Assembly: GCA_051294375.1 (NCBI GenBank)
Contig: JBJCIZ010001522.1
Span: forward strand, 1 to 8,968
Direction of reading: 5' to 3'
Length of the DNA stretch: 8,968 nt
DNA from: Paraspadella gotoi
Lineage: Eukaryota > Animalia > Chaetognatha
Part shown: piece by piece, positions 8,476 to 8,968 of the stretch
Numbering within the stretch: position 1 is the first letter of the stretch
Layout of the letters: each line of letters opens with the position of its first letter
Notes under the pieces: model-generated
The model's database searches: none
What the model was told of the DNA's origin: nothing
The model's input: only the letters and a program-made list of their open reading frames with translations
Made by a program: the position numbers and the translations under genes

Positions 8476-8517
8476 TGGCGAATCGGTTTGCTTAAACGTT
8501 GCCACGTGCGGTCTCTG
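8476..8517 (-). repeat. Inverted copy of window bases 1-38
   Basis: The reverse complement CAGAGACCGCACGTGGCAACGTTTAAGCAAACCGATTCGCCA aligns to 1-38 (CAGAGACGCACGTGGCAACGTTAAGCAACCGTTCGCCA) with 38 identities and four single-base gaps. Confidence 0.92.
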
Positions 8518-8968
8518 ACTCTCAAAAGTTTAGCTAAAATCAATAAAATGTTCCAGAATAAAGTCTTATTTATTGTCGAGTTATTAAAAACAGACCTTAA
8601 TAAAATAATCAAAGCATATAGATATTTCTATATGCATATCACAGCGAAGAAAAGGCAATAGCAAGCATAGCAAGCCAAATACTAATATTTCAGTAAATCC
8701 ATCATCTAGTATAATAAACATTTTACAATAATAAAATAACATATATCAAATCAAATCCTTGTGAGGCAACTTACAATAAGAGAATAAAAAAGTAACTTTC
8801 CTCATAGAAGATTGTACTAACAACTACTACTTATGTTCTCTGGACTAATACAATTATATTTGTTCATTTGATTTACGATAAAGTAAATAACTATAGTGAA
8901 AAAAAGGTAAAATGATATCTATGTTTCAACATGTCGCAGTGGCGACAATAATAAAGGTAACGATCGGG

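Noticed and set aside
8569-8574. Minus-strand AATAAA upstream of the inverted copy as an LTR polyadenylation signal
   Set aside because: The region is very AT-rich with several such hexamers, so it is uninformative alone.
8932-8947. Hairpin TGTCGC-agtg-GCGACA as a Helitron 3' end or terminator
   Set aside because: Only a 6-bp stem, with no CTRR at the expected distance and no U-tract on the + strand.

Overview
Eukaryotic, probably invertebrate, genomic DNA. Bases ~1-4815 hold an apparently intact Ty3/Gypsy LTR-retrotransposon internal region on the + strand. It has a tRNA-Trp-like primer-binding site (42-56) and a gag with a CHCC zinc knuckle. A canonical G_GGA_AAC -1 frameshift site with a downstream hairpin leads into pol, whose domain order is PR-RT-RNaseH-IN(GPF); a G7A polypurine tract follows. 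The Trp PBS, CHCC Gag and GPY/F module together match the described CsRn1/Kabuki/Boudicca lineage. The rest (~5400-8968) is AT-rich, apparently non-coding DNA with (CT)n and (GAC)n microsatellites and a ~21-bp minisatellite. Oddities: (1) the 38 bp just upstream of the PBS, the expected end of the 5' LTR, have no direct copy after the PPT but recur inverted at 8476-8517; (2) the protease motif is DGG instead of D(T/S)G; (3) the pol frame stays open ~345 codons past the integrase, through the PPT and a microsatellite. I see no convincing evidence of a wholly new system; the inverted terminal copy is the best lead.
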